DNA of 64,000 bases from an uncultured Verrucomicrobiae bacterium (GTDB lineage: Bacteria > Verrucomicrobiota > Verrucomicrobiia > Chthoniobacterales > UBA10450), in NCBI GenBank assembly GCA_963772365.1, contig CAVYXA010000005.1:192001-256000 (forward strand), in the 5' to 3' direction. Of the stretch, positions 19,608 to 28,540 are shown piece by piece (position 1 is the first letter of the stretch; each line of letters opens with the position of its first letter). A program made the position numbers and the translations under genes. The notes under the pieces were generated by a model, which worked only from the letters and a program-made list of their open reading frames with translations, made no database searches and was not told the DNA's origin.

Positions 19608-21539
19608 CGCATTAGATGCGCCATCGGACGGACTCGCCGCGGCTAGCAGACTCTGCTGGCACAACCGCGCATATTTTCCTCCGAGCGAGATCAACTCCTC
19701 ATGTTTGCCGCGCTCGATGATCCGGCCGTGATCGAGCACCAGGATTTGATCGGCATGAACGATGGTCGAGAGCCGGTGAGCAATCACGATCGACGTCCGG
19801 TTCGCCATCAAATGCTCGAGCGCTTCCTGGATCAGGCGCTCCGTGGCCGTGTCCACGCTCGCCGTAGCTTCGTCGAGAATTAGTATGGGCGGATCTTTCA
19901 ACAGCGCGCGCGCAATCGAGAGCCGCTGCTTTTCGCCGACGCTTAATTTTACTCCGCGCTCGCCCACGATGCTTTCGAGACCATCCGGCAAACGCTCGAT
20001 GAATTGCCGGGCATTAGCCGCATCGACAGCGCGCCAGAGTTCTTCGTCCGTCGCGCCCGGTTTTCCCATGAGCAGATTTTCCCGAATACTGCCATTGAAC
20101 AGGAAACTCTCCTGCGTCACCACTCCGATCGCTTCCCGCAATTCCCACAGCGCATAATCACGAATTGGCTTTCCGTCGACGCGAATTTCGCCGGTCGTGA
20201 ATTCGTAAAACCGGACCAGCAGATTCACCAGCGTCGATTTTCCCGCGCCGGTCGCGCCCACCAGCGCCGTTGTCGATCCTGGCGGCGAATGGAAGGAAAT
20301 GTTGCGCAGCGCGGGCAAACCGTCCGTATAACTGAAGCTTACGTTTTCATAGCAAATATCGCCAGCGATGCGACTTAGTTCGCACGAAGTGCTTTGGACT
20401 GCGGTGAATCTTCGCACCGCTTTTACAGCGCTGGTCTGCGCACTCTCTTTGTAAAGCGACGCGGGGACGCCCGCCACGGCGGGCAGGCTGTGCGTACTCC
20501 AAAGCTGACGCGAAAAAGAAGGAGCGACGATGTTGGCTTTTTCCTCGAAACCGGGCTCGACCGGTTCGTCGAGAATTTCGAATACGCGCTCGCCCGCCGC
20601 GCGCCCGGCTTGAATAAGCTGGTTCAGCTGATGCAACCGGCTCACCGGATCGTATAGGAACGCCGCCAGCATCAGGAAAGCGACAAGATCGCCCAGCTGC
20701 ATTGCACCATTGAGAACAGCGTATCCGCCGAAGCCGAGCACGAGCAACGCCCCGATCGCTTCAAACAACGACATCGAGGGCGAGTAGATCGCCCAGACTC
20801 GCATCACGACCAGGGTGGCCTGCCGCAATTGATCGCTCACCCGATTGAATCGCGCATGTTCCTCGCGTTCGCGCACGAAGCTTTTGATCTGACGAACGCC
20901 GGACAGATTATCGTGCAACAACGCATTCATCGCCGATGCGGCCCGGCGTTGTAATCGATAACGGCGATGGGCCGTAAGGGTGTAACTGAGTGCGCCAGCG
21001 ATCAGCAATGGAAACGGCACGAGCGCGAGCAATGCCAGTTTGGCGTTGAGATAAAACATCACGCTGATGACGATCACGATTTGCAGAACGGCCACGCTGC
21101 CCTGTTCGATTCCATCGATCAATACTCGTTCGACCGAGTTCACGTCCTCGATCACTCGCGTCATCAGATCGCCCGTAGCGCGATTGTCGAACCACCGGAG
21201 CGGGAGCAGTTGAATGTGGGAATAGAGATCGCTGCGTAGATCAAAAATGACCCGCTGCTCGAAAGTGTTATTGAGAATGATTCGCAGCGAATTGAACGCA
21301 TGCTGCAAAACAAATGCACCGGCCGCGATGAAGATCAGCGGCAGTAGTTTATCGGGCCGATGGGCGCGGATCACATCATCGACAATCCATTTTGTCACGC
21401 CCGGGAAAACGATCACCATCAGCGTGCTGACGATCGCGCAGGTCAATGTCCCCGCTGCTATCCACGGGCAACGTTTCAAATATCGAAAAACGCGCCAGAC
21501 CGTTTTCATGTGAGGGAAAGCTACCATAAGCGCGGACAC
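19548..21539 (-). CDS. ABC exporter, fused permease/ATPase (MsbA-like family)
   Basis: TMD plus GATGAGKST, LSVGEKQR, ILDEAT, IAHRLST; start possibly at the internal MKTVW. Confidence 0.92.
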   Translation of the reverse strand: MSALMVAFPHMKTVWRVFRYLKRCPWIAAGTLTCAIVSTLMVIVFPGVTKWIVDDVIRAHRPDKLLPLIFIAAGAFVLQHAFNSLRIILNNTFEQRVIFDLRSDLYSHIQLLPLRWFDNRATGDLMTRVIEDVNSVERVLIDGIEQGSVAVLQIVIVISVMFYLNAKLALLALVPFPLLIAGALSYTLTAHRRYRLQRRAASAMNALLHDNLSGVRQIKSFVREREEHARFNRVSDQLRQATLVVMRVWAIYSPSMSLFEAIGALLVLGFGGYAVLNGAMQLGDLVAFLMLAAFLYDPVSRLHQLNQLIQAGRAAGERVFEILDEPVEPGFEEKANIVAPSFSRQLWSTHSLPAVAGVPASLYKESAQTSAVKAVRRFTAVQSTSCELSRIAGDICYENVSFSYTDGLPALRNISFHSPPGSTTALVGATGAGKSTLVNLLVRFYEFTTGEIRVDGKPIRDYALWELREAIGVVTQESFLFNGSIRENLLMGKPGATDEELWRAVDAANARQFIERLPDGLESIVGERGVKLSVGEKQRLSIARALLKDPPILILDEATASVDTATERLIQEALEHLMANRTSIVIAHRLSTIVHADQILVLDHGRIIERGKHEELISLGGKYARLCQQSLLAAASPSDGASNAVIPNEVRELTQDDEITLPM
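20391..20505. repeat. Palindromic element inside the ABC transporter linker
   Basis: GCTTTGGA...TCCAAAGC terminal IR; internal hairpins GCGGTG/CACCGC and CCCGCC/GGCGGG. Confidence 0.65.
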
Positions 21540-21611
21540 TCCGCATTGCTGTAGCGTGCGCTGTCTCAGCGCATCACGTCCCGAGAGGTAGCTGCAGCGT
21601 GCTTTCAGCGA

Positions 21612-23819
21612 TTAGGGAAGTCCGGTGCCGATCTTGGATTTCAGGAGCGCAATGTCTGCGGAATCGATGAAGCCATTGGCAGTTACATCCGAACGGAAAT
21701 TTGTCTGATTCAATTGCTGACCGATCCGCGCCTTTGTTTGGCTGATGTCGGAAGCGTTCACTGTGCCGTTGCCGGTGGCGTCGCCAATGAGGATCGACAT
21801 GGGGACCACGATATCGGTCGCACCATTCACGCCGTAGAGCGTGACATTTATGGTCTGGGCATTGGTCACATTGGTCAGTGGAATCGTTACGATATTTCCT
21901 GCAATAGTGACGTTTCCGCCGTTGTTGATGCCGTCGCTTCCGATTGTGCCCATTCCTGCTGTGACGGCTGCTTGTGGACTTCCAGTGACTGATACGTTGG
22001 CGTTAAAGGCGAGAACAATGTTGTAATCGCTCGTCGGCCCACCAGCGCGGCATTCAATTCCAGGCGTCCCATTCAATGGAAGAGGGATATCGAATGTGCC
22101 GGCAAAGCCATGTGTCTTTCGTGAAGCGACGTTCTGGAGAATAGGATCTGAAGGTTGCGCACAGTACACTCCCCCGGTGTTGAGGACGTCGATGTCATTT
22201 ACTCCGCCCCAGACAATCATTTGATTGCCAGTCCAGACTGCCGTCGAATGAGTCTGCGCATCCGGTGCGCTTACTGTCGTAGTTGGCATCCAACTATCTG
22301 TGCTCGGAGTATATCTGCCACCAGTGTTGAAGATTGTCACCGTATCGTTGCCCCCCCATACAATCATCTCGCGGCCAGTCCAGACCCCCGTGTGACCGGC
22401 GCGCGGAGAGGGCGCGTTGTTGATGCTAGTAGCGACCCAGCCACCGTTTACAGGATCGTACCTCCCGCCCGTGTTTGTTGCATTGAAGTTCTCATCGACA
22501 CCACCCCAGACGATCATTTCGCTGCCGGTCCAGACTGCCGTGTGGGCGGTTCGGCCGAGTGGAACATTCGCGAGATCTGTGGGCGCCCAATTATCGGTGC
22601 GAGGATCATAGCTCCCGCCAGTATGGAGATAGTTGGTGCGATCGCTTCCACCCCAGACGATCATCTTATCCCCGGTCCAGAGCGCATTATGGAAAAACCG
22701 TGCGGCGGGTGCATTGATCGTGCTGGTAGCCGCCCAGGTGTCGCTGGTGGGGCTATATCTACCGCCCGTGTTAAAAGTGCAGTTCCCACCACATCCGTGC
22801 CCGCCCCACACTATCATTTCGCTCCCAGTCCAGACCGCAGTGTGAGCATTGCGTCCAGTAGGCACGTTGACGGTGCTTGTAGCTATCCAACTGTCGCTGG
22901 CCGGATTATACCTCCCGCCTGTGTTCACATACACGTTATTGCTACCCCCGCCCCAAACAATCAACTCGGTGCCCGTCCACACCGCCGTATGAATCCATCG
23001 GGGGCTGGGAGCATTGGCAGTGCTTGTCGCCATCCAACTGCCAGTAGCTGGGTCGTATCTCGCCCCGGTGTTTAAATGACCAGATACAGTGTTGTCTCCA
23101 CCCCAAATGATCATTTCGCTGCCGGTCCACACTGCGGTGTGTCCCTGGCGCGCATCCGGTGCATTCGCAGTTGTTGTAGGGGTCCAACTGTCGTTGACAC
23201 ACTCTAGAGGAGAGATTTCAGGCAGCTTGTACGCATATTCGTAGGCGGCCGCCCCCGGACTCGCCGTATCCGTTGCTTCTAAAACCGCACGGCTCAGTGA
23301 GCCGTCGCCACCTACTGCGGGATGGCCCAAGGCGCTGAGGAGTCGGCCCGCCAAAGTCGGCCTCGCCAGGCATTCAGCGATGACGAACGGATCATTGTCC
23401 AGCGCCGCAAAAATCTCGCGCAACATACCCGGGCGTTTCGTCTCACGGGCCATTCGCTCGATCTCGTCTTGAAGTTCGATCGTGGTTATTGGCCATCCAC
23501 GTCGATCCCACACAGCCTGAGATTTACGCAGATAATCGCTGACCTTATTTTCGATTTGGCCGCGCGAGACTACCTCATCTAATGGCCGCTTCGGCCCTGG
23601 ATTATCTTTCGGCCAAATCCGGTGACGCCAATAGATTTCTTCTATCGCATACTGGTACGCTACACGTCCCGCGACCGTGAGCATTCTATGGGAAGGGATA
23701 CCCGCCTTGGCGGGTGACGTCGCTCCCAACAGAAACGGAACGCCCACGCAAAGAAGGCAAACGGCTATAGCGTTCCCGTCAAAATGGACGCGTTGTGACC
23801 GGTTTCTAAATGTCTTCAT
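21612..23819 (-). CDS. Secreted Kelch-like repeat protein with SRKTH + dockerin-like tail
   Basis: Seven HTAVWTG..MIVWGG...TGGRY repeats; SRKTHG...PGIECR; paired GD.TG.G.VN.SD motifs. Confidence 0.85.
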   Translation of the reverse strand: MKTFRNRSQRVHFDGNAIAVCLLCVGVPFLLGATSPAKAGIPSHRMLTVAGRVAYQYAIEEIYWRHRIWPKDNPGPKRPLDEVVSRGQIENKVSDYLRKSQAVWDRRGWPITTIELQDEIERMARETKRPGMLREIFAALDNDPFVIAECLARPTLAGRLLSALGHPAVGGDGSLSRAVLEATDTASPGAAAYEYAYKLPEISPLECVNDSWTPTTTANAPDARQGHTAVWTGSEMIIWGGDNTVSGHLNTGARYDPATGSWMATSTANAPSPRWIHTAVWTGTELIVWGGGSNNVYVNTGGRYNPASDSWIATSTVNVPTGRNAHTAVWTGSEMIVWGGHGCGGNCTFNTGGRYSPTSDTWAATSTINAPAARFFHNALWTGDKMIVWGGSDRTNYLHTGGSYDPRTDNWAPTDLANVPLGRTAHTAVWTGSEMIVWGGVDENFNATNTGGRYDPVNGGWVATSINNAPSPRAGHTGVWTGREMIVWGGNDTVTIFNTGGRYTPSTDSWMPTTTVSAPDAQTHSTAVWTGNQMIVWGGVNDIDVLNTGGVYCAQPSDPILQNVASRKTHGFAGTFDIPLPLNGTPGIECRAGGPTSDYNIVLAFNANVSVTGSPQAAVTAGMGTIGSDGINNGGNVTIAGNIVTIPLTNVTNAQTINVTLYGVNGATDIVVPMSILIGDATGNGTVNASDISQTKARIGQQLNQTNFRSDVTANGFIDSADIALLKSKIGTGLP
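23241..23315. repeat. GTAG-type REP-like doublet inserted in-frame in the Kelch gene
   Basis: GTAGGCGGC...GCCACCTAC, exactly 75 bp (25 codons). Confidence 0.65.
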
Positions 23820-23863
23820 CGCCTTTACCCGTAAAGCGACTTTCCCATTCGATGATATCCGCG

Positions 23864-24930
23864 CTAAGGATTCATGTCATAGATACGATCAAGATAAACG
23901 TATCCGTTAGCGGAATCGTAAGTGACCTGTGGATGCCAGCCCTGACCTGTTGGATACGTAATTGATTCGCTGCGAAAGGTAGTTTCGCTCAGGCCTTGAT
24001 CTGCGTGCAAGAGAGTGTATCGGTTGGGCGCCGAGCTAAAGTCGCCTGTCATTGTTACCATCAACCGGCCCTCCAACAGTGCTTGCCTCGTGACTTCGAC
24101 ATTATCCGCGCCGCTTGGTGAAACATTGCATACCGTAGTGGCAGTGGGGTCGAGTTGGAGCTTACTGTCGATCGTAAGTGTGCCTCCTTTCGGCTCGATC
24201 GTCCCCTTGACGAAGGTTAGGGGGATAAAGCTGCCGTCACTCGTGCCTTGAAGAGTTCCGTTGCCAGTCACCGTGCCTGAAGGCCCCACCCAAATCCAGA
24301 GGGCAGCACTCCCCACTCGATAAACCGTCACGACAGCCCCGTTGGTAATGCTTAACAGCGCCGGCCCCCCGTCCGCAGGTGGTTGAAATGTCCCGCTAAT
24401 ATTAAGCAGGCCCTTGACCGACCAAGTAGAGGGTGTGCCGTCCGTTGGGCTTACGCCATCCACCCTTACTGTTCCATGGGAGTGTGCCACGACCCACCGG
24501 GATATTCGGCGACGAATGACGTTCCGCTGGTGACCTTTCCCCCATTGGTGATAGTCAGGGTACCTTTGCCGTACATGCCGACAAAAATATTTTCTATATC
24601 GGGTTGGTCAGGGTCGCCAATGGTGACGGCTCCGCCATTCGTACCATCCACCGACAAGCTGCCGGAATCCGGCGTATCTGCGCCAAGCGTCAACCGCTGA
24701 GCAGAAGCGTTTGCATTATTATTTATCTGTGCGGTACCACGGTTATTAATACAGGCTAGAGATGTATACGTGGGGCAACCGTTAGACCAATTGTTGACGC
24801 AATCAAACCAATCACCTATGCCAGCGGTCCAACTTGTGGAGCAGGTTTGCGCCAGTACAGGCGAGCACGCAAACGCGAATATTAGAAGCAGGCAGATTAG
24901 AACTGATTGTGATTTGAGATTTGTTTTCAT
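23864..24930 (-). CDS. Secreted beta-helix / T5SS-PEP-CTERM-associated repeat protein (frameshift near 24485)
   Basis: ORF 24466..24930 (signal peptide, VG.YGKGTLTITNGGKV) continues into ORF 23864..24490. Confidence 0.65.
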
Positions 24931-25136
24931 GATTTCTCCTTGAGGGGTTAAGGTTTTCTTCGATTTTCCTTTTAACGCAAAAAAAAAAATGAGTCAAGCT
25001 TTTATTTGTGCGTTTTTTGATGGATGGCGACTTGGCAGTTGCGGCATTGATTGCGCAGTTATTTCCTCGACGCGTTTGACTCGCGCGGCGCATTCTGGGA
25101 AAAACGGCAATAACCAGCGAAGAAAGGAAACGACTT

Positions 25137-25790
25137 ATGAAAATCGGCGAGATAGCACCAGATTTCGAAGCAGAAACAACGCAGGGCCGGATACGATTTC
25201 ACGATTGGCTTGGCGATTCGTGGGCCGTCCTGTTTTCGCATCCGAAGGATTTCACTCCGGTTTGCACGACCGAACTGGGTTACATGGCCAGGATCAAACC
25301 CGAGTTCGACAAGCGAAAGGTGAAGGTGATCGGGCTATCGGTCGATTCGACGGGCGATCACGAAGGTTGGGCAAAAGACATCAAAGAAACTCAGGGTCAC
25401 GCGCCAAATTATCCCATCATCGGCGATGCCGATTTCAAGGTGTCGAAGTTATACGGAATGTTGCCGGCCGGTGTGGAAGGTGATCCGAAGAAGCGAACGC
25501 CGGCTGACAACGCGACTGTGCGCAATGTCTACGTGGTTGGCCCCGACAAGAAGATCAAACTAGTCCTGGTTTATCCGATGACGACCGGTCGGAATTTCGA
25601 TGAAGTGCTGCGCGTAATCGATTCGCTGCAGCTGACCGCGAAACATCAAGTGGCGACGCCGGTCAATTGGAAACCGGGCGATGATGTGATCATCTCCGGA
25701 TCGGTTTCTGACGAGGAAGCCAAGAAACGTTACCCGGAAGGTTGGAAAGCGCCGCGGCCGTACATTCGTATCGTCCCACAACCGCAGTAA
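25137..25790 (+). CDS. 1-Cys peroxiredoxin (Prx6)
   Basis: FSHPKDFTPVCTTE, YP.TTGRNFDE. Confidence 0.95.
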   Translation: MKIGEIAPDFEAETTQGRIRFHDWLGDSWAVLFSHPKDFTPVCTTELGYMARIKPEFDKRKVKVIGLSVDSTGDHEGWAKDIKETQGHAPNYPIIGDADFKVSKLYGMLPAGVEGDPKKRTPADNATVRNVYVVGPDKKIKLVLVYPMTTGRNFDEVLRVIDSLQLTAKHQVATPVNWKPGDDVIISGSVSDEEAKKRYPEGWKAPRPYIRIVPQPQ

Positions 25791-25942
25791 TCGTGCATTG
25801 GTGGAACGCGACCTTTGGGGCGCGTTGGTGATATAATTGCGGCGTGCGGCCAGGCTTGCGCCTGCGGCGTTTGGGTCTTTAGCATCGGTCCGAGCCGGAC
25901 TGGCACATTCGGAGAAGCCGATCCACCTTTTCGCCTCACGAG

Positions 25943-26407
25943 TCAGTGATCGGTCTGTCGCTTGTAGACGATGTCTTCCTTATTGAAGAGCTGGGGGTCC
26001 TTCAGGTGTGCGCGTATGATTTTCTGTAGATCGGATGTCGTGCGCAGCGAATCAGGAACCACGTCTTTGTTGATCGCACGCACCCGGACGCGGTCCGGTT
26101 CCTCAAATCGATAATCGATGAAGGCAAACTTGCGCGCATAGGTTCCGCCTGAATCCAGATTTTGCACGCTTAGAAAATTCAGACCGCCGAAATCAGAGTG
26201 AAAGACACGGTAAACTTGCGTGCCGTCGATGAGAACGAAATTCGAGTCGTCGAATTTTCGGATTTGGATCTGGCTCGGTTTTTCCTCGACCGAAACCCAG
26301 TCGCCGATGAGCCGTTCGTCGATCTTGCGCGTTGGTGATTCAGTGAGCGGCGCTTCGTAGATGCAGGACGCAAGCAGTAAGCAGAGGAACAGCGGAAAGA
26401 TGCGCAT
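25943..26407 (-). CDS. Putative lipoprotein
   Basis: LLLASC lipobox. Confidence 0.7.
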   Translation of the reverse strand: MRIFPLFLCLLLASCIYEAPLTESPTRKIDERLIGDWVSVEEKPSQIQIRKFDDSNFVLIDGTQVYRVFHSDFGGLNFLSVQNLDSGGTYARKFAFIDYRFEEPDRVRVRAINKDVVPDSLRTTSDLQKIIRAHLKDPQLFNKEDIVYKRQTDH

Positions 26408-26410
26408 GGG

Positions 26411-27307
26411 TCAAACGTGATCGCCGCGATGTTTATGCCGGTTCTTGAAGGTTAACTCTGCGATGCCGGACTTGTCGAGTTTGCCAAGGCCTCCGGCAAC
26501 CATTGCATCGTATTGTTCTTTCGTCGCACGCGCGAGCGGCAGGTCGAGGCCAAGGTCTTTTGCCAGCTGCAACGCGATGCCGCTGTCCTTCGCGGCATGC
26601 GCGGCGGAAAAGAAGCAACTGTGTTCCCGGTTTTGCATGTCCTCTCCATCGGTTTCGAGTACTCGTGAATTGGCGCCGGTTTGAGAAAAAACTTCGCGTA
26701 ACATTTTCAAATCGAGCCCGAGCGCGTCGCCGAGCCCCAGTCCTTCGGCCAGACCGGCGGTGTTGATGTTCATCACCATATTGACCAACGCTTTGACCTT
26801 TGCCGCTTCACCGGCTTTGCCGATGAATCGAATTGTCGATCCTAATTCCTTCAGAATCGGCTCCGCTGTGCGAAACGCTTCCTCGCGTCCACTGCACATC
26901 AGGTAAAGTTTGCCTTCGCGCGCCTGCGTAATGCTCGATGCCATACACGCTTCCAGAGTTTGCGCACCGGCCTTTTCGGCGAGTTTCTCAACATCGACAT
27001 GGACCTGCGGTGTGATTGTCGCGCAGTTGATGAATAATTTTCCGCGCGCGTTGATCAACAGGTTGTCACCAGACCGCGAAAATATTTCGCGCATCGCATT
27101 ATCATCGGAGACGACAGTGATGATCACATCTGATTCCGCGGTTACTTCCGACAAATCCTGCGCGGCTGCGCAACCAAGTTCTGCCGCGCGATCGGTCGCC
27201 GCTTTCCGATTCGAATCGTAAACCGCGGTGACATGAACCTGTCGATCCTTCAATCGACGGGCCATGTTTGCGCCCATTCGGCCAATACCTACAAAGCCAA
27301 TGTTCAT
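26411..27307 (-). CDS. NAD(P)-dependent beta-hydroxyacid dehydrogenase family protein
   Basis: IGFVGIGRMGANMA; AAKVKALVN; AAKD. Confidence 0.88.
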   Translation of the reverse strand: MNIGFVGIGRMGANMARRLKDRQVHVTAVYDSNRKAATDRAAELGCAAAQDLSEVTAESDVIITVVSDDNAMREIFSRSGDNLLINARGKLFINCATITPQVHVDVEKLAEKAGAQTLEACMASSITQAREGKLYLMCSGREEAFRTAEPILKELGSTIRFIGKAGEAAKVKALVNMVMNINTAGLAEGLGLGDALGLDLKMLREVFSQTGANSRVLETDGEDMQNREHSCFFSAAHAAKDSGIALQLAKDLGLDLPLARATKEQYDAMVAGGLGKLDKSGIAELTFKNRHKHRGDHV

Positions 27308-27317
27308 GAGATTCTAA

Positions 27318-27394
27318 GCCACAGATGAACACGGATGAAACACGGATGTAAAGGCCTCACTGCTGATCTGTGAAAATCCGTGCTAATCCGTGGC
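27318..27394. repeat. Empty tandem-inverted-repeat hairpin (CAC[AG]GAT unit)
   Basis: GCCACAGATGAACACGGATGAAACACGGAT ... ATCTGTGAAAATCCGTGCTAATCCGTGGC fills the intergenic gap. Confidence 0.8.
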
Positions 27395-28216
27395 CTAAAC
27401 TTTTCCAGCAAAGAACGGATTGTGCGCTTTTTCCTCTCCGATCGTCGTCATAGGCCCGTGCCCTGGGCAAATGATTGTTTCATCCCGCAGGGTGAGAATT
27501 TTATCGAGATTATTTCGAACTGCGTCGGCGTAGGAAATATTTCCACCTCCCATTGAGCCGGCGAAAATTGAATCGCCGGCGATTGCGACCGGCCGCGCGA
27601 GTCCGTTCGCGACGAATGTCATTCCGCCGGGCGAATGTCCCCAGGTCGAGCGTGCTTCGATGTCGATCTTTCCCAGGTGAAAATGTTTACCTTCCTCGAT
27701 CGATTCCGCCCCGGGCACGGATTCTTTCTGAGGTGCAAACACATGAGCGCCGGTTTCTTCGCGTAACCGTGGCAGATCTGCCACGTGATCGGGATGCGCG
27801 TGAGTTAGCAGAATCATTTGCACGTGGAGCTTGTGAGCTTTCACAAAGCGGAGCATTTCCCGGCAATCTGCGCCGGTATCGAATGCGGCGGCATTCCTGG
27901 TTTCTGGGTCCCAAACGAGATATGCGTTGACGAGCATTCCATCATAATCGGTGCTGAATTGGGCAAGCCCGTCGAGCTTGTCGATCTTCTTCGGCTTCCA
28001 CCTTTCTCTGGCAAGATCGACAAGCGCATCCGGATTGAGATCGAGCGCGGAGGCGACTGCGCGAATGGTCTCGTCGTCAAATTTGCCCTCGCGGAGCTGG
28101 CGAGCTTTTTCCTGCGTGACGCCTGCTTTTTCGGCAAGCTCGCTGTCGGAAATCCGCAGGCCGCGCTGCGCTTTGCCAATCACATCGCCAAAATTATCTT
28201 CGAGTGGAACGCTCAT
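27395..28216 (-). CDS. XRE-type HTH + MBL-fold metallo-hydrolase
   Basis: N-terminal SDSELAEKAGVT helix-turn-helix; THAHPDH, GHSPG, AGD, PGHG. Confidence 0.85.
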   Translation of the reverse strand: MSVPLEDNFGDVIGKAQRGLRISDSELAEKAGVTQEKARQLREGKFDDETIRAVASALDLNPDALVDLARERWKPKKIDKLDGLAQFSTDYDGMLVNAYLVWDPETRNAAAFDTGADCREMLRFVKAHKLHVQMILLTHAHPDHVADLPRLREETGAHVFAPQKESVPGAESIEEGKHFHLGKIDIEARSTWGHSPGGMTFVANGLARPVAIAGDSIFAGSMGGGNISYADAVRNNLDKILTLRDETIICPGHGPMTTIGEEKAHNPFFAGKV

Positions 28217-28260
28217 TCCCCAGTTTGGATTCGGTTTTCGCTTCAAACCTATCTCAAAAC

Positions 28261-28453
28261 GTCATTCTGAGCGAAGCGAAGAATGGAGCGAATGGGATGA
28301 GCGACATGGACTGTAAGGCCGCAAGGGTAGCGGCGAGTGAGTCGGGAGACGAACGAGTTCAATCTCTGATCATTTTCTGTAGAGAAAAAGAATGAGATGT
28401 TTCCCAGCCTTCGCATAAAGCTACGGCGAGGCAAGTGCTGCGCTCAACATGAC
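28261..28453. repeat. Composite GTCAT-type REP-like element
   Basis: GTCATTCTGAGCGAAGC...GCTGCGCTCAACATGAC outer IR with extra internal segments. Confidence 0.6.
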
Positions 28454-28540
28454 AAGCTATTTGTGAGACCGATTCCAGGCTATTGGCGGAACGTCACTGT
28501 TTCTATCTCGATACAAGGACATGCAATCGGATCTGATTTA

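Noticed and set aside
22150..23200. Regularly spaced repeats (about 150 bp) resembling an array
   Set aside because: They are coding Kelch-like repeats with synonymous variation, not CRISPR repeats.
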